A stretch of DNA of 20,000 nt, from IMG/VR virus record IMGVR_UViG_3300040735_000039. One strand, written 5' to 3'. Shown here piece after piece: positions 1 through 8,342 of this stretch. The notes under the pieces were generated by a model. The model had not been told where the DNA came from. It did no database searches and saw nothing but the letters and a program-made list of their open reading frames with translations. Made by a program: the position numbers and the translations under genes. The stretch is from an uncultured virus (IMG/VR IMGVR_UViG_3300040735_000039). Taxonomy: Duplodnaviria; Heunggongvirae; Uroviricota; Caudoviricetes. Each line of letters starts with the position of its first letter. Position 1 is the stretch's first letter.

Positions 1-1774
1 GGATATGACGGTGGAAGCCGCCGCCTACGCCGATGAAATGCTTACACAGTCCACGGTCACCGGCATGAGTGTGGAGAGCCTCCAAGCCTACAGCTACGCC
101 GCTGACCTTGTGGACGTTTCTCTGGACACTCTCACCGGCTCTATGGCAAAGAACGTCAAGTCGATGGCGAGTGCTGCCGACGGCTCCGCGAAATACGCAG
201 ACGCCTACGCGCAGATCGGTGTTTCGGTTACTGATGCCAATGGCAATCTCCGCGACAGTGAGGAGGTCTATTGGGAGGTCATTGATGCGCTTGGCGGAAT
301 ATCAAATGAAACCGAGCGTGACGCTCTCGCCATGCAGCTATTCGGCAAATCAGCACAGGACTTGAATCCGCTTATCGCGCAAGGCTCAGAAGGCATCGCC
401 GCGCTGACTGATGAAGCAAAGCGCATGGGCGCGGTGCTCTCGGAAGAAACCATCGCGAAACTGGGCGCTTTCGACGATTCCGTCCAGCGGCTCAAACAGG
501 GCTCCGAGGCGGCAAAGCGCGTCATGGGTACAGTCCTGCTACCGCAACTCCAAGACCTCGCGGACGACGGCACAAAGCTGCTCGGTGAATTCACCTCCGG
601 GCTGGTCGAAGCCGGAGACGACTTCGATAAAATCAGCGAGGTCATCGGCAACACGGTCGGCGGGCTGGCGGACATGATAATGGAACACCTGCCGAAAATT
701 ATACAGGTCGGCATGGACATTGTCATGGCGATAGGCAAAGCTATCGTGGAAAATCTCCCAACGCTGGTGGAGTGCGCTTCTTCCATTATTATGACGCTGG
801 TACAGGGACTCGTTGAGGCACTCCCGGCTATCACGGACAGCGCCGTTCAGCTTGTTATGACACTCGTTCAGGGAATTATCGACAATCTGCCTGCCATCGT
901 GGAAGCGGCAATCAATATGATCGTCACTCTCGCTATGGGTATCGCGGACGCACTTCCGGAGCTGATACCTTCCATCGTGGAGGCTATTATCCTCATCTGT
1001 CAGGTGCTGCTGGATAACATGGATAAAATCCTCGAAGCTGCCTTTGCCATCATCAAAGGTTTGGCAGAGGGACTTTTGAATGCGCTGCCGGAGCTGGTAG
1101 CGGCTCTGCCCGAAATCATCACCACCATTATCAATTTTATCACAGACAACCTGCCCGCCATTATCGAAATGGGTATCGAGCTGATCGTTCAGCTTGCGGT
1201 CGGGCTAATTCAAGCGATTCCGCAGCTTGTGGCTGCTCTGCCGCAAATCATCGCGGCAATCGTCGAAGGTCTCGGCTCCGCAGTAGGTGCGGTCTTTGAA
1301 ATCGGCAAGAACATTGTTTCGGGACTCTGGCAAGGCATACAGTCGCTTGCTTCGTGGCTGTGGGACAAGGTATCCGGCTGGATTTCGTCTATCTGGGACG
1401 GCATCTGTGACTTCTTCGGCATCCACTCCCCATCAAAGGAAATGGGCTGGATCGGCAAGATGATGGTCGAGGGTCTCGCCAGGTCTATCGACAGCAACGG
1501 CAAAGATGCGGTAAGCGCCGTAACCGACATGGCGAAGGACATCGACGGCGCGATGAAAGACCTCGCGGGAGATATGGAAACCGCACTGCCTACCGATTTC
1601 AAGCTGAATGTGGACACAGACATCGGCAAGGTTGCAAACGACAGCGTCGTCGATGTAAAGAAAACCGTGGAGCACACCGGCGTTATCCGTGTGGAGGGTA
1701 TCAATTCCGAGGGCGAGATGGCGTCGGTCGTTGACATTATTATCAATCAGCTCAGACAGGAGGTGCGTGTATGA
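1..1774 (+). CDS. Phage tail tape measure protein (5'-truncated by the window edge)
   Basis: Ala/Ile/Leu-rich helical protein with 'ERDALAMQLFGKSAQDLNPLI', 22-aa-periodic 'LP' repeats and a C-terminal 'FFGIHSPSK' motif typical of siphovirus TMPs; first gene of the tail run. Confidence 0.92.
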   Translation, partial: DMTVEAAAYADEMLTQSTVTGMSVESLQAYSYAADLVDVSLDTLTGSMAKNVKSMASAADGSAKYADAYAQIGVSVTDANGNLRDSEEVYWEVIDALGGISNETERDALAMQLFGKSAQDLNPLIAQGSEGIAALTDEAKRMGAVLSEETIAKLGAFDDSVQRLKQGSEAAKRVMGTVLLPQLQDLADDGTKLLGEFTSGLVEAGDDFDKISEVIGNTVGGLADMIMEHLPKIIQVGMDIVMAIGKAIVENLPTLVECASSIIMTLVQGLVEALPAITDSAVQLVMTLVQGIIDNLPAIVEAAINMIVTLAMGIADALPELIPSIVEAIILICQVLLDNMDKILEAAFAIIKGLAEGLLNALPELVAALPEIITTIINFITDNLPAIIEMGIELIVQLAVGLIQAIPQLVAALPQIIAAIVEGLGSAVGAVFEIGKNIVSGLWQGIQSLASWLWDKVSGWISSIWDGICDFFGIHSPSKEMGWIGKMMVEGLARSIDSNGKDAVSAVTDMAKDIDGAMKDLAGDMETALPTDFKLNVDTDIGKVANDSVVDVKKTVEHTGVIRVEGINSEGEMASVVDIIINQLRQEVRV

Positions 1775-2112
1775 GTTATTTGAAAAACGCTGACACGAAT
1801 ACGCTCATCACGCGCTTCGTGTCACTTGAGGAAAAGCAGGAGGTTATCCGCACGGCTCAGACGCTTCTTTCGGGTGGCGTGTATATTCAGCGCATCGGTG
1901 AGCCGACTGTTTCCTATGCCGTTACCGCCTATGTGAATCGCACAGGAAAAGCGCAGCTTTTGACAGCGGAGGACACCGCCGCGCTGCTGTCTGTTTCCGT
2001 CAAGCACGGCGTTTACTATGGGCGCGTTACCGATTTGTCCTTTTCCGAGCGTATGGCTGGAGACTGGCTCAAGGCGACGCTGACGCTGGCAAAGGAGGTC
2101 GAAGCCGAATGA
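1771..2112 (+). CDS. Phage tail-associated protein (position of a distal tail protein)
   Basis: 113 aa; ATGA overlap with the TMP stop, RBS AGGAGG upstream; function inferred from synteny only. Confidence 0.7.
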   Translation: MSYLKNADTNTLITRFVSLEEKQEVIRTAQTLLSGGVYIQRIGEPTVSYAVTAYVNRTGKAQLLTAEDTAALLSVSVKHGVYYGRVTDLSFSERMAGDWLKATLTLAKEVEAE

Positions 2113-3500
2113 GGACGATTCCCTATGAGCTGCGTCAGAAACTGCTCAAGGATATTCAGACAAAAAGCACCGATGCCGAACCGCAGCTCCGGGTGGTTGC
2201 GACGCAGTCCACCACCAACACGCTGCTTTCAGAAATCATCCACAAGGATATTCCCGCGTCCTATGGCGACGTGGCAATCCGTCAGCTTGCGGGAGAAAAA
2301 GAGCCGTCGCTTGCCTATGCCGTTTGCCTCGATAACGGCACGGCTACCGTATATGAGCGGCAGTTTCCGTCCTATCTGGATAAGCCCTGGAACTTCATCT
2401 GGACACTTGGCGGGGCGTCAGAGGTCGCGATTGAGTTCAACGGCACATGGCAAATCAATGCTACAAAGCAGTGGTATTACCTGCAAACCGAACTGACGCC
2501 GTATCTCTTTTTCGTGCAAGGCGGAACGCTGTATGTACAGAAATGGCAGGATGCTTCCACAAGGGTGCCGCTTGCCACAGGCGTTTCGGAGATATCCGCC
2601 TGCCGTGGCTGGCAGTCCTCAGATGAACCGCTGCTCGACCAAGGGCTGATTGTCGGTTATCTCAAGGGTGGTAATGTGTACTACCGCGCTCTGTGCCTAC
2701 AGGAAAGCGGCGAGCTCCTATGGGAAACGGAACGGCAGGTTTCGGAGCTTGGCAGCGGCAACACCTCGCTTTGTGTGTTCCGCACAAATGATTTTCGTGT
2801 CGGCTTTATCTGCGAGAACGGCGGTACCTTCAAATATGTGCTGTCCTCGCGTACCTATGCCGGACAGAGTGTCAGAAGCGAGAGCGTATACAGTCAGGTC
2901 GTTCAGGATTGCCGTTTGTCAGTGAAGCCGATAGAATATCGCAGCGCCTTTGACGATAAGAGCGCCTATGCGACCGGGTTTCCACCACTTGCCGATTGTT
3001 ATATCGGCAACTGCATGATATTTCCGTCGTTTTCCGTTGTCTCGACGCAGAGACAGAATGGAAATCAGTTTTATATCACCGTCAATTGCCTACTGTTAAA
3101 GCGCCGCGAACTGGAAAGCTATTTCACTGTCACGCCGGATGTTGTTGAAACGACCCGCCCGCAGGTTTCTGCGGTTACTGTCAGCGGGAGCACGATTTGC
3201 ATTACGACGGATGTGCCGATTTCCTCGCGGCAAAAGGTTGTGTTTGCGCTTGGCAGCTATAGCCGCCTGTGCTTTCTTTCGCCGCAGGCAAGCCCACTGG
3301 AGGTGCCGAACTTCACCGCTGTGTTCGAGCCGGACTATGTGACGGATGATCAGCCTGAAATGACGGTCAGCTATCTGGTGACGCAACTTGTGAACACCGC
3401 CATCGACTACCCGGAAACCACACAGGAAGAAAAGCTGTCACTCACCATCACCTATACCTGTTCGCTCTCAGCAACGCAGGTCGGTGATGTACCCGTATAG
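2109..3500 (+). CDS. Phage minor tail/structural protein
   Basis: 463 aa, beta-rich; ATGA overlap with the previous gene, RBS AAGGAGG; lies within the tail module. Confidence 0.7.
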   Translation: MRTIPYELRQKLLKDIQTKSTDAEPQLRVVATQSTTNTLLSEIIHKDIPASYGDVAIRQLAGEKEPSLAYAVCLDNGTATVYERQFPSYLDKPWNFIWTLGGASEVAIEFNGTWQINATKQWYYLQTELTPYLFFVQGGTLYVQKWQDASTRVPLATGVSEISACRGWQSSDEPLLDQGLIVGYLKGGNVYYRALCLQESGELLWETERQVSELGSGNTSLCVFRTNDFRVGFICENGGTFKYVLSSRTYAGQSVRSESVYSQVVQDCRLSVKPIEYRSAFDDKSAYATGFPPLADCYIGNCMIFPSFSVVSTQRQNGNQFYITVNCLLLKRRELESYFTVTPDVVETTRPQVSAVTVSGSTICITTDVPISSRQKVVFALGSYSRLCFLSPQASPLEVPNFTAVFEPDYVTDDQPEMTVSYLVTQLVNTAIDYPETTQEEKLSLTITYTCSLSATQVGDVPV

Positions 3501-3514
3501 GGAGGGAAAATTTC

Positions 3515-5029
3515 ATGGAAAGAATCATTAACCCAAAGGTGCATAACCGCTTTGATATCGAGGTGACAGACGCTGTTACGGGTGAAGTGAAGCAGCAGGT
3601 CACTTCGTACAACATCGTCCTCGACCAGTTTTTTACGCGGCTTATCGGAAGAACGTCCAAGCTCGGCTATATTCATCTGGGAACAGGCACAGGCACTCCT
3701 GCTGTCACAGATACCTCGATGTTTACCTTTCTTGGCGCGAGAGGCGCTTCTGTGGTGGATACCGTCAAAGACTATCCCACAAGCTACATCCGCAAGAAAA
3801 TCGTGCTGTCCCCGGCGGATTTTGTCGGAGCGAATATCACGGAGGTCGGCTTCGGCTACAGCAGCTCCAACGGCAGTCTGGTCACGCACTCCATGCTCAA
3901 GGACAGTGAGGGCAATCAGATTGCCATCGAGAAAACGGACACCGATGTGCTGACGGTATACGCTACCTTTTATGTCACAATTGGAGCGGCTGTGGAGGGT
4001 GTATATGTGCTGCCGACCGCTGACAACAACGCCGTTATTACCGCCATTCTGCAGGACAGCTACTCCACCTTGAATGAGGTCCTCGGAATGTCCAATCAGA
4101 TACTGACTGCGGACGAACTGAGCGGTACGGCGCTGAGCACTAAGACAAACATCACACCCAGCGGCGATTACACCAACCGACGCTGGCAGTTTGCCACGCA
4201 GCGGTGGAATTACGACACCGCCAACAGCCACATGATCAGCGCCATCGGCTGTCCGACTATCGCAGCATGGCTACTCCCGAATACGGACATTTTCCCACAC
4301 ATCCAGCTATCCAATGTTGCGGTCGGTCTGGGAGACGGCGAAAAGACCGTGTTCAACTGCCCGCTGCCGCTGGTGGTCGAGAATTCCGAGGCAATCCGTG
4401 TTGACGGCGTTTTGCAGACGCGCGGCGAGGACTACACCTTCGTTCACGACAACAACGCCGCTGAATACCCGGAACTGTTCATCAGCGCTGATCCCAAAAA
4501 CTGCGAGGTGTCAGGCGGCTACACACACACGAGCTATTACTACTATCCGTTTCTCGTCTGGGGAGAGTATTACAAGGGCAAAAACTGCATCAGTTCGTCC
4601 TCGCCAATCGTTTTTGATTACGGCCATGCTATCACGGTAAATCGAATCGTAATACCGACTGGCTCGTTCTATTTCGGTGGTTGGGGCAGTCCATCTACCA
4701 ACGCTGTTATTTCCTATTCGCAGGACAATGAAACATGGACGGATATTCTGACGGCAGAAACCGCTCTGTACAGCAGCGTTCATGCTGATGTGACGCTTGA
4801 TACGCCGGTCACCGCGCGATATTGGCGACTGTCTGTCAGTTCCGCCACACAGCTTGGCGGTGGCTCCTGCCCAAACATCCGACTTGGCTATGTCACACCG
4901 GGTATTGTTTTCACCAATCCACCCGCCGCAGGTGCCGCTATCGAGATGGACTGCAAACTCGACCGCCCCATCAAGAACGAAAACTGGGTACTGGATTTTA
5001 GCTTTGCCGTACAGTTCGAGAGGAGTTGA
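3515..5029 (+). CDS. Phage tail fibre/receptor-binding-like protein with an inserted discoidin (F5/8 type C)-like domain
   Basis: N-terminal 'IHLGTGTGTPAVTDT...ITEVGF...IEKTDTDVLTVYAT' tail-fibre/collar-like motif; 'SYSQDNETWT...PVTARYWRL' discoidin-like signature; RBS GGAGG. Confidence 0.7.
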   Translation: MERIINPKVHNRFDIEVTDAVTGEVKQQVTSYNIVLDQFFTRLIGRTSKLGYIHLGTGTGTPAVTDTSMFTFLGARGASVVDTVKDYPTSYIRKKIVLSPADFVGANITEVGFGYSSSNGSLVTHSMLKDSEGNQIAIEKTDTDVLTVYATFYVTIGAAVEGVYVLPTADNNAVITAILQDSYSTLNEVLGMSNQILTADELSGTALSTKTNITPSGDYTNRRWQFATQRWNYDTANSHMISAIGCPTIAAWLLPNTDIFPHIQLSNVAVGLGDGEKTVFNCPLPLVVENSEAIRVDGVLQTRGEDYTFVHDNNAAEYPELFISADPKNCEVSGGYTHTSYYYYPFLVWGEYYKGKNCISSSSPIVFDYGHAITVNRIVIPTGSFYFGGWGSPSTNAVISYSQDNETWTDILTAETALYSSVHADVTLDTPVTARYWRLSVSSATQLGGGSCPNIRLGYVTPGIVFTNPPAAGAAIEMDCKLDRPIKNENWVLDFSFAVQFERS

Positions 5030-5033
5030 TTTC

Positions 5034-6383
5034 ATGCTCCTCTCATTTTCTTATGCCGCTACTCTTGGCAGCGGACACAAGCCGCAGGTGGTGCATATGC
5101 CGGACAACGGTTTTCGCATCATCTATGTTAACGACAACGGTTTGGTCAACGCGCTTGTGACCTTCCCTTCGCTCGGTCTGTACGGAAATCTATCGTGGAA
5201 AAGCAAGGGCAGAATGTCGCCGGATGAAAGCATCTCCTATCCGTCGCTCAAAAAAGTGGCGCATTACGGCGCATACGGCTTTTGGAGTGCGGCGAGTGTG
5301 GACGGCATCACCATCGACCACAAATTTGTGATGTTTATGCTGCCGACGGATATTTCCGAAACACTCCTTGACGGCAGCATCAGCTACTCCAAGGACAGCG
5401 CCGTTTCCAGCGCGTCCTTCAATTTTGCTAATATCAACGGCTATCTGCTGCGGCGGTATCGCTCTCTGGTATCGCCTAACGCAAAAATCGAACTGTACCT
5501 CGCGCTCGGCTCGTCTGATGAAATCTCGCTGGGCAAGTGGTATATCGACCGCGTTTCCACCGCCATTCCCGGCAACAACATTTCAGTCACAACGCGCAAC
5601 GCCATCGGCAAGCTACTCAAGGAACAGACCTTTGACGAGCAGACCGCCTTTGCAGAAGCCACGCTAACCGACAATCTGAAAGCGATTCTCGCCTATAGCG
5701 GCGTGGAGGACTATTTCGTTGGTGATACCGGACGAAGCTGGGGACTTTCCTTTGAGCCAAGCAACACGCTGCTGGAAGGCATTGAGGACATTATCCGGCT
5801 GTTCGGCGGCTGGAAAATCGGCGAAACCTCCGACGGTGTTATCGGTATCGGCAGCGTTAGCGACGCCCGCTTTGAACAGCCGTCCACCTATCATTTTGAA
5901 CGTGACAAAAACTGCTGGAGCTACTCGACCGAATACTGCGACGAAGAAACCTATTCTCGTGTCTGTGTTTCCTGCAAAGAGCCGGAAAACACGCTTTATG
6001 TTGATTTGCCGCCGCACAAGCTCTGGCCGATGGCGACGCATCGAACGCTGTATGTGACGGTGCCGGACGGTACGAGCTACACGGAACTACAGTCTTACGC
6101 GAACAATCTCGCGGACAGTATTGCCATTACCGGCAGAACAGAAACCTTTGCAGGACGCTTTACGCCGCAGATGATTATCGGCGACGCCATTGAAATGACC
6201 GCCGACGGCGAAACGGAAAATATCGGCGTAGTTACCTCCGTGCGGCACACGCTGGGACGGAAAGGCTTCTTCACCGAATTTACCGTGGACAGCGGCGGTC
6301 GGCGCGGAAAGCCCACGCTGAAGGACTATGTTTCGCAGATATCCGGCAATAAGACGTCGAAATCTGTTATTACAAACGAATGA
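5034..6383 (+). CDS. Phage tail/baseplate hub-like protein
   Basis: ATG at 5034 preceded by AGGAG (the ORF-track start at 4797 overlaps the upstream gene); 'LGKWYIDRV' and C-terminal 'IGDAIEM...VTSVRHTL..KGFFTEFTV' resemble hub/late-control D proteins. Confidence 0.7.
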   Translation: MLLSFSYAATLGSGHKPQVVHMPDNGFRIIYVNDNGLVNALVTFPSLGLYGNLSWKSKGRMSPDESISYPSLKKVAHYGAYGFWSAASVDGITIDHKFVMFMLPTDISETLLDGSISYSKDSAVSSASFNFANINGYLLRRYRSLVSPNAKIELYLALGSSDEISLGKWYIDRVSTAIPGNNISVTTRNAIGKLLKEQTFDEQTAFAEATLTDNLKAILAYSGVEDYFVGDTGRSWGLSFEPSNTLLEGIEDIIRLFGGWKIGETSDGVIGIGSVSDARFEQPSTYHFERDKNCWSYSTEYCDEETYSRVCVSCKEPENTLYVDLPPHKLWPMATHRTLYVTVPDGTSYTELQSYANNLADSIAITGRTETFAGRFTPQMIIGDAIEMTADGETENIGVVTSVRHTLGRKGFFTEFTVDSGGRRGKPTLKDYVSQISGNKTSKSVITNE

Positions 6384-6397
6384 GGAGGATTATCATC

Positions 6398-6811
6398 ATG
6401 AAAGAAATCTGGAACTGGATTCAAATTGTATTTGCCGCCATTGGAGGCGGCATCGGCTGGTTTCTCGGAGGAGCGGACGGCTTCCTTTACGCGCTCATCG
6501 CCTTTGTGGTCATCGACTACATCACAGGCGTCATGTGCGCGATTGTAGACAAAAAGCTCTCCAGCGAAGTCGGTTTCAAGGGTATCTGTAAAAAGGTGCT
6601 CGTTTTTATTTTGGTAGGCGTAGGCAACATTATCGACGTTCAGGTGCTGGGACAGGCTGGAGTGCTTCGCACGGCGGTTATTTTCTTCTACCTGTCCAAC
6701 GAGGGCGTGTCGCTGCTTGAAAACGCCGGACATCTCGGCTTGCCCATCCCGGCAAAGCTGAAAGCGGTGCTGGAACAGCTCCACGACCGCAGCGAAAAGG
6801 AGGACAAGTAA
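6398..6811 (+). CDS. Phage holin (toxin secretion/phage lysis holin family)
   Basis: Hydrophobic segments, 'DYITGV...KLSSEVGFKGICKK' and 'NEGVSLLENAGHLGLPIP' signature; RBS GAGGAGG before ATG 6398; directly upstream of the endolysin. Confidence 0.93.
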   Translation: MKEIWNWIQIVFAAIGGGIGWFLGGADGFLYALIAFVVIDYITGVMCAIVDKKLSSEVGFKGICKKVLVFILVGVGNIIDVQVLGQAGVLRTAVIFFYLSNEGVSLLENAGHLGLPIPAKLKAVLEQLHDRSEKEDK

Positions 6812-7525
6812 ATGAATCTGCATAAATTTTTACTCACGAACAACGACTGCTACAAGTCTGGCAAAACCATGACGCCGAAGGGCATTATGGTACATTCGAC
6901 CGGTGCAAACAATCCGAATCTGAAACGCTATGTTGGACCCAACGACGGACTGCTCGGCGTCAATCAGTACGGAAACCACTGGAATCAGCACATGGACAGG
7001 CAGGTGTGCGTCCATGCCTTTATCGGCAAGCTGAAGGACGGTAGCATTGCCATCTACCAGACGCTCCCGTGGAACATGGTCGGCTGGCACAGCGGCTCCG
7101 GCTCAAAAGGTAACGCCAACTATCTCGGCTATATTGGCTTTGAAATTTGCGAGGACGGTTTGACCGATGCCGCGTATTTCAATAAGGTCTACACCGAAGC
7201 CGTGGAGCTTTGCGTTTACCTCTGTAAGCAGTACAACCTTACAGAGAAGAACATCATCTGCCACAGTGAGGGCCACACGCTCGGCATCGCGTCCAATCAC
7301 GGCGACGTCATGCACTGGTTTCCGAAGCACGGCAAGAACATGGATACCTTCCGTGCGGCGGTCAAGGCTGGACTGGCGGCAGATGCTCCCGTAACGCCTG
7401 CCACGCCGAAGAAGTATTACCGTGTCCAGCTCGGTGCATTTTCCGTTAAGGCGAACGCTGACGCCATGCTGGGAAAGGTCAAAGCGGCTGGCTTCACCGA
7501 CGCCTTTGTGAAGTACAGCGAGTAA
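6812..7525 (+). CDS. Endolysin, N-acetylmuramoyl-L-alanine amidase (Amidase_2) with C-terminal SPOR domain
   Basis: 'IMVHSTG', 'WHSG', 'IGFEICE', 'CHSE...HGD' amidase motifs; 'YRVQLGAFSVKANA...GFTDAFV' SPOR motif. Confidence 0.93.
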   Translation: MNLHKFLLTNNDCYKSGKTMTPKGIMVHSTGANNPNLKRYVGPNDGLLGVNQYGNHWNQHMDRQVCVHAFIGKLKDGSIAIYQTLPWNMVGWHSGSGSKGNANYLGYIGFEICEDGLTDAAYFNKVYTEAVELCVYLCKQYNLTEKNIICHSEGHTLGIASNHGDVMHWFPKHGKNMDTFRAAVKAGLAADAPVTPATPKKYYRVQLGAFSVKANADAMLGKVKAAGFTDAFVKYSE

Positions 7526-7585
7526 AGAGTACGCCGTAGCAGCGCGAACGTCCATAAACCAGCGGTCAAGTTGTTGACTTACAGT

Positions 7586-7628
7586 TAATGCCCATCGGAG
7601 AATTTTCTCTGGTGGGCATTATTTTTTT
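7586..7628 (+). terminator. Intrinsic terminator of the lysis module
   Basis: TAATGCCCATCGGAG...CTCTGGTGGGCATTA hairpin followed by TTTTTTT. Confidence 0.8.
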
Positions 7629-7705
7629 GCTTATTTTTTGTACGGCGGGCTCCTTTTTTTCCAGTGGGTAGTGAGGACAAGGGTTCTCGGACTGGAGGAA
7701 ATCTC

Positions 7706-8128
7706 ATGACAAATGAGCAAAGAGAACACATCACTACCATGCGACTGGGCGGCATCGGCTATACAGCCATTGCTAAAGCGGTCGGGCTGTCAAAGGACAG
7801 CGTGAAGGCCTATTGCCGCACTCATGGCCTTGCCGGGATAAAAGCACAAAGCAATACTCGAATCTCACCGACGCAAAGATTTTGCTTGAATTGTGGAAAG
7901 TCGCTGGTACAGCTACCGCATCGGAAAGCTGCGAAGTTCTGCTGTGGCGAATGCCGTCAGGTATGGTGGAATGCGCACCCAGAGCAGGTCAATAAAAAGG
8001 CACTCTACTCCTTCACCTGCGTTTGCTGTGGTAAGCCCTTTACAGCATACGGCAATTCGTCACGAAAATATTGTTCTCATGATTGTTATATTGCAGATCG
8101 TTTCAAAGGCGGTGAGCAGCATGACTGA
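7706..8128 (+). CDS. HTH plus Cys-rich Zn-binding protein upstream of the recombinases (often annotated sigma-70-like)
   Basis: RBS GGAGG before ATG 7706; N-terminal HTH 'GYTAIAKAVGLSKDSVKAYCR'; CxxC...FCCxxC and CxCC...YCSxxC motifs. Confidence 0.8.
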   Translation: MTNEQREHITTMRLGGIGYTAIAKAVGLSKDSVKAYCRTHGLAGIKAQSNTRISPTQRFCLNCGKSLVQLPHRKAAKFCCGECRQVWWNAHPEQVNKKALYSFTCVCCGKPFTAYGNSSRKYCSHDCYIADRFKGGEQHD

Positions 8129-8297
8129 AGGCCAGTTCACCGCCGAAAAGCAATATCAAACTTCGCTGCTTCTGGCAAAAGAGCTTCTTGAAAAAGGGCT
8201 TTTGACGCGGGAGGAATACACCGTAATTAATACAATTCTGCTTCAAAAATACGGACCACCGTTGGGCACATTATTCTCCGAAATTGCCTTGCTATAA
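8121..8297 (+). CDS. Small SHOCT-like protein (58 aa)
   Basis: MTEGQF...'LLEKGLLTREEY' SHOCT-type motif; ATG overlaps the end of the previous gene; usual position before tandem serine recombinases. Confidence 0.7.
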   Translation: MTEGQFTAEKQYQTSLLLAKELLEKGLLTREEYTVINTILLQKYGPPLGTLFSEIALL

Positions 8298-8342
8298 TCC
8301 GCTTTTAGAGTGATATATAGTAGTGGAAAGGAGTGATTTTTC

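Noticed and set aside
660..1270. Periodic repeats in the first gene as a novel repeat element
   Set aside because: Ordinary 11/22-residue amphipathic periodicity of tape measure proteins
3515..5029. Diversity-generating retroelement target in the tail fibre
   Set aside because: No reverse transcriptase and no template/variable repeat pair seen in the window
4797..5033. N-terminal extension of the 528-aa ORF
   Set aside because: Overlaps the upstream gene by 233 bp; a good RBS and ATG are at 5034
7893..8120. Longer 134-aa version of the SHOCT ORF
   Set aside because: Overlaps the HTH/Zn gene; ATG 8121 gives the usual small protein
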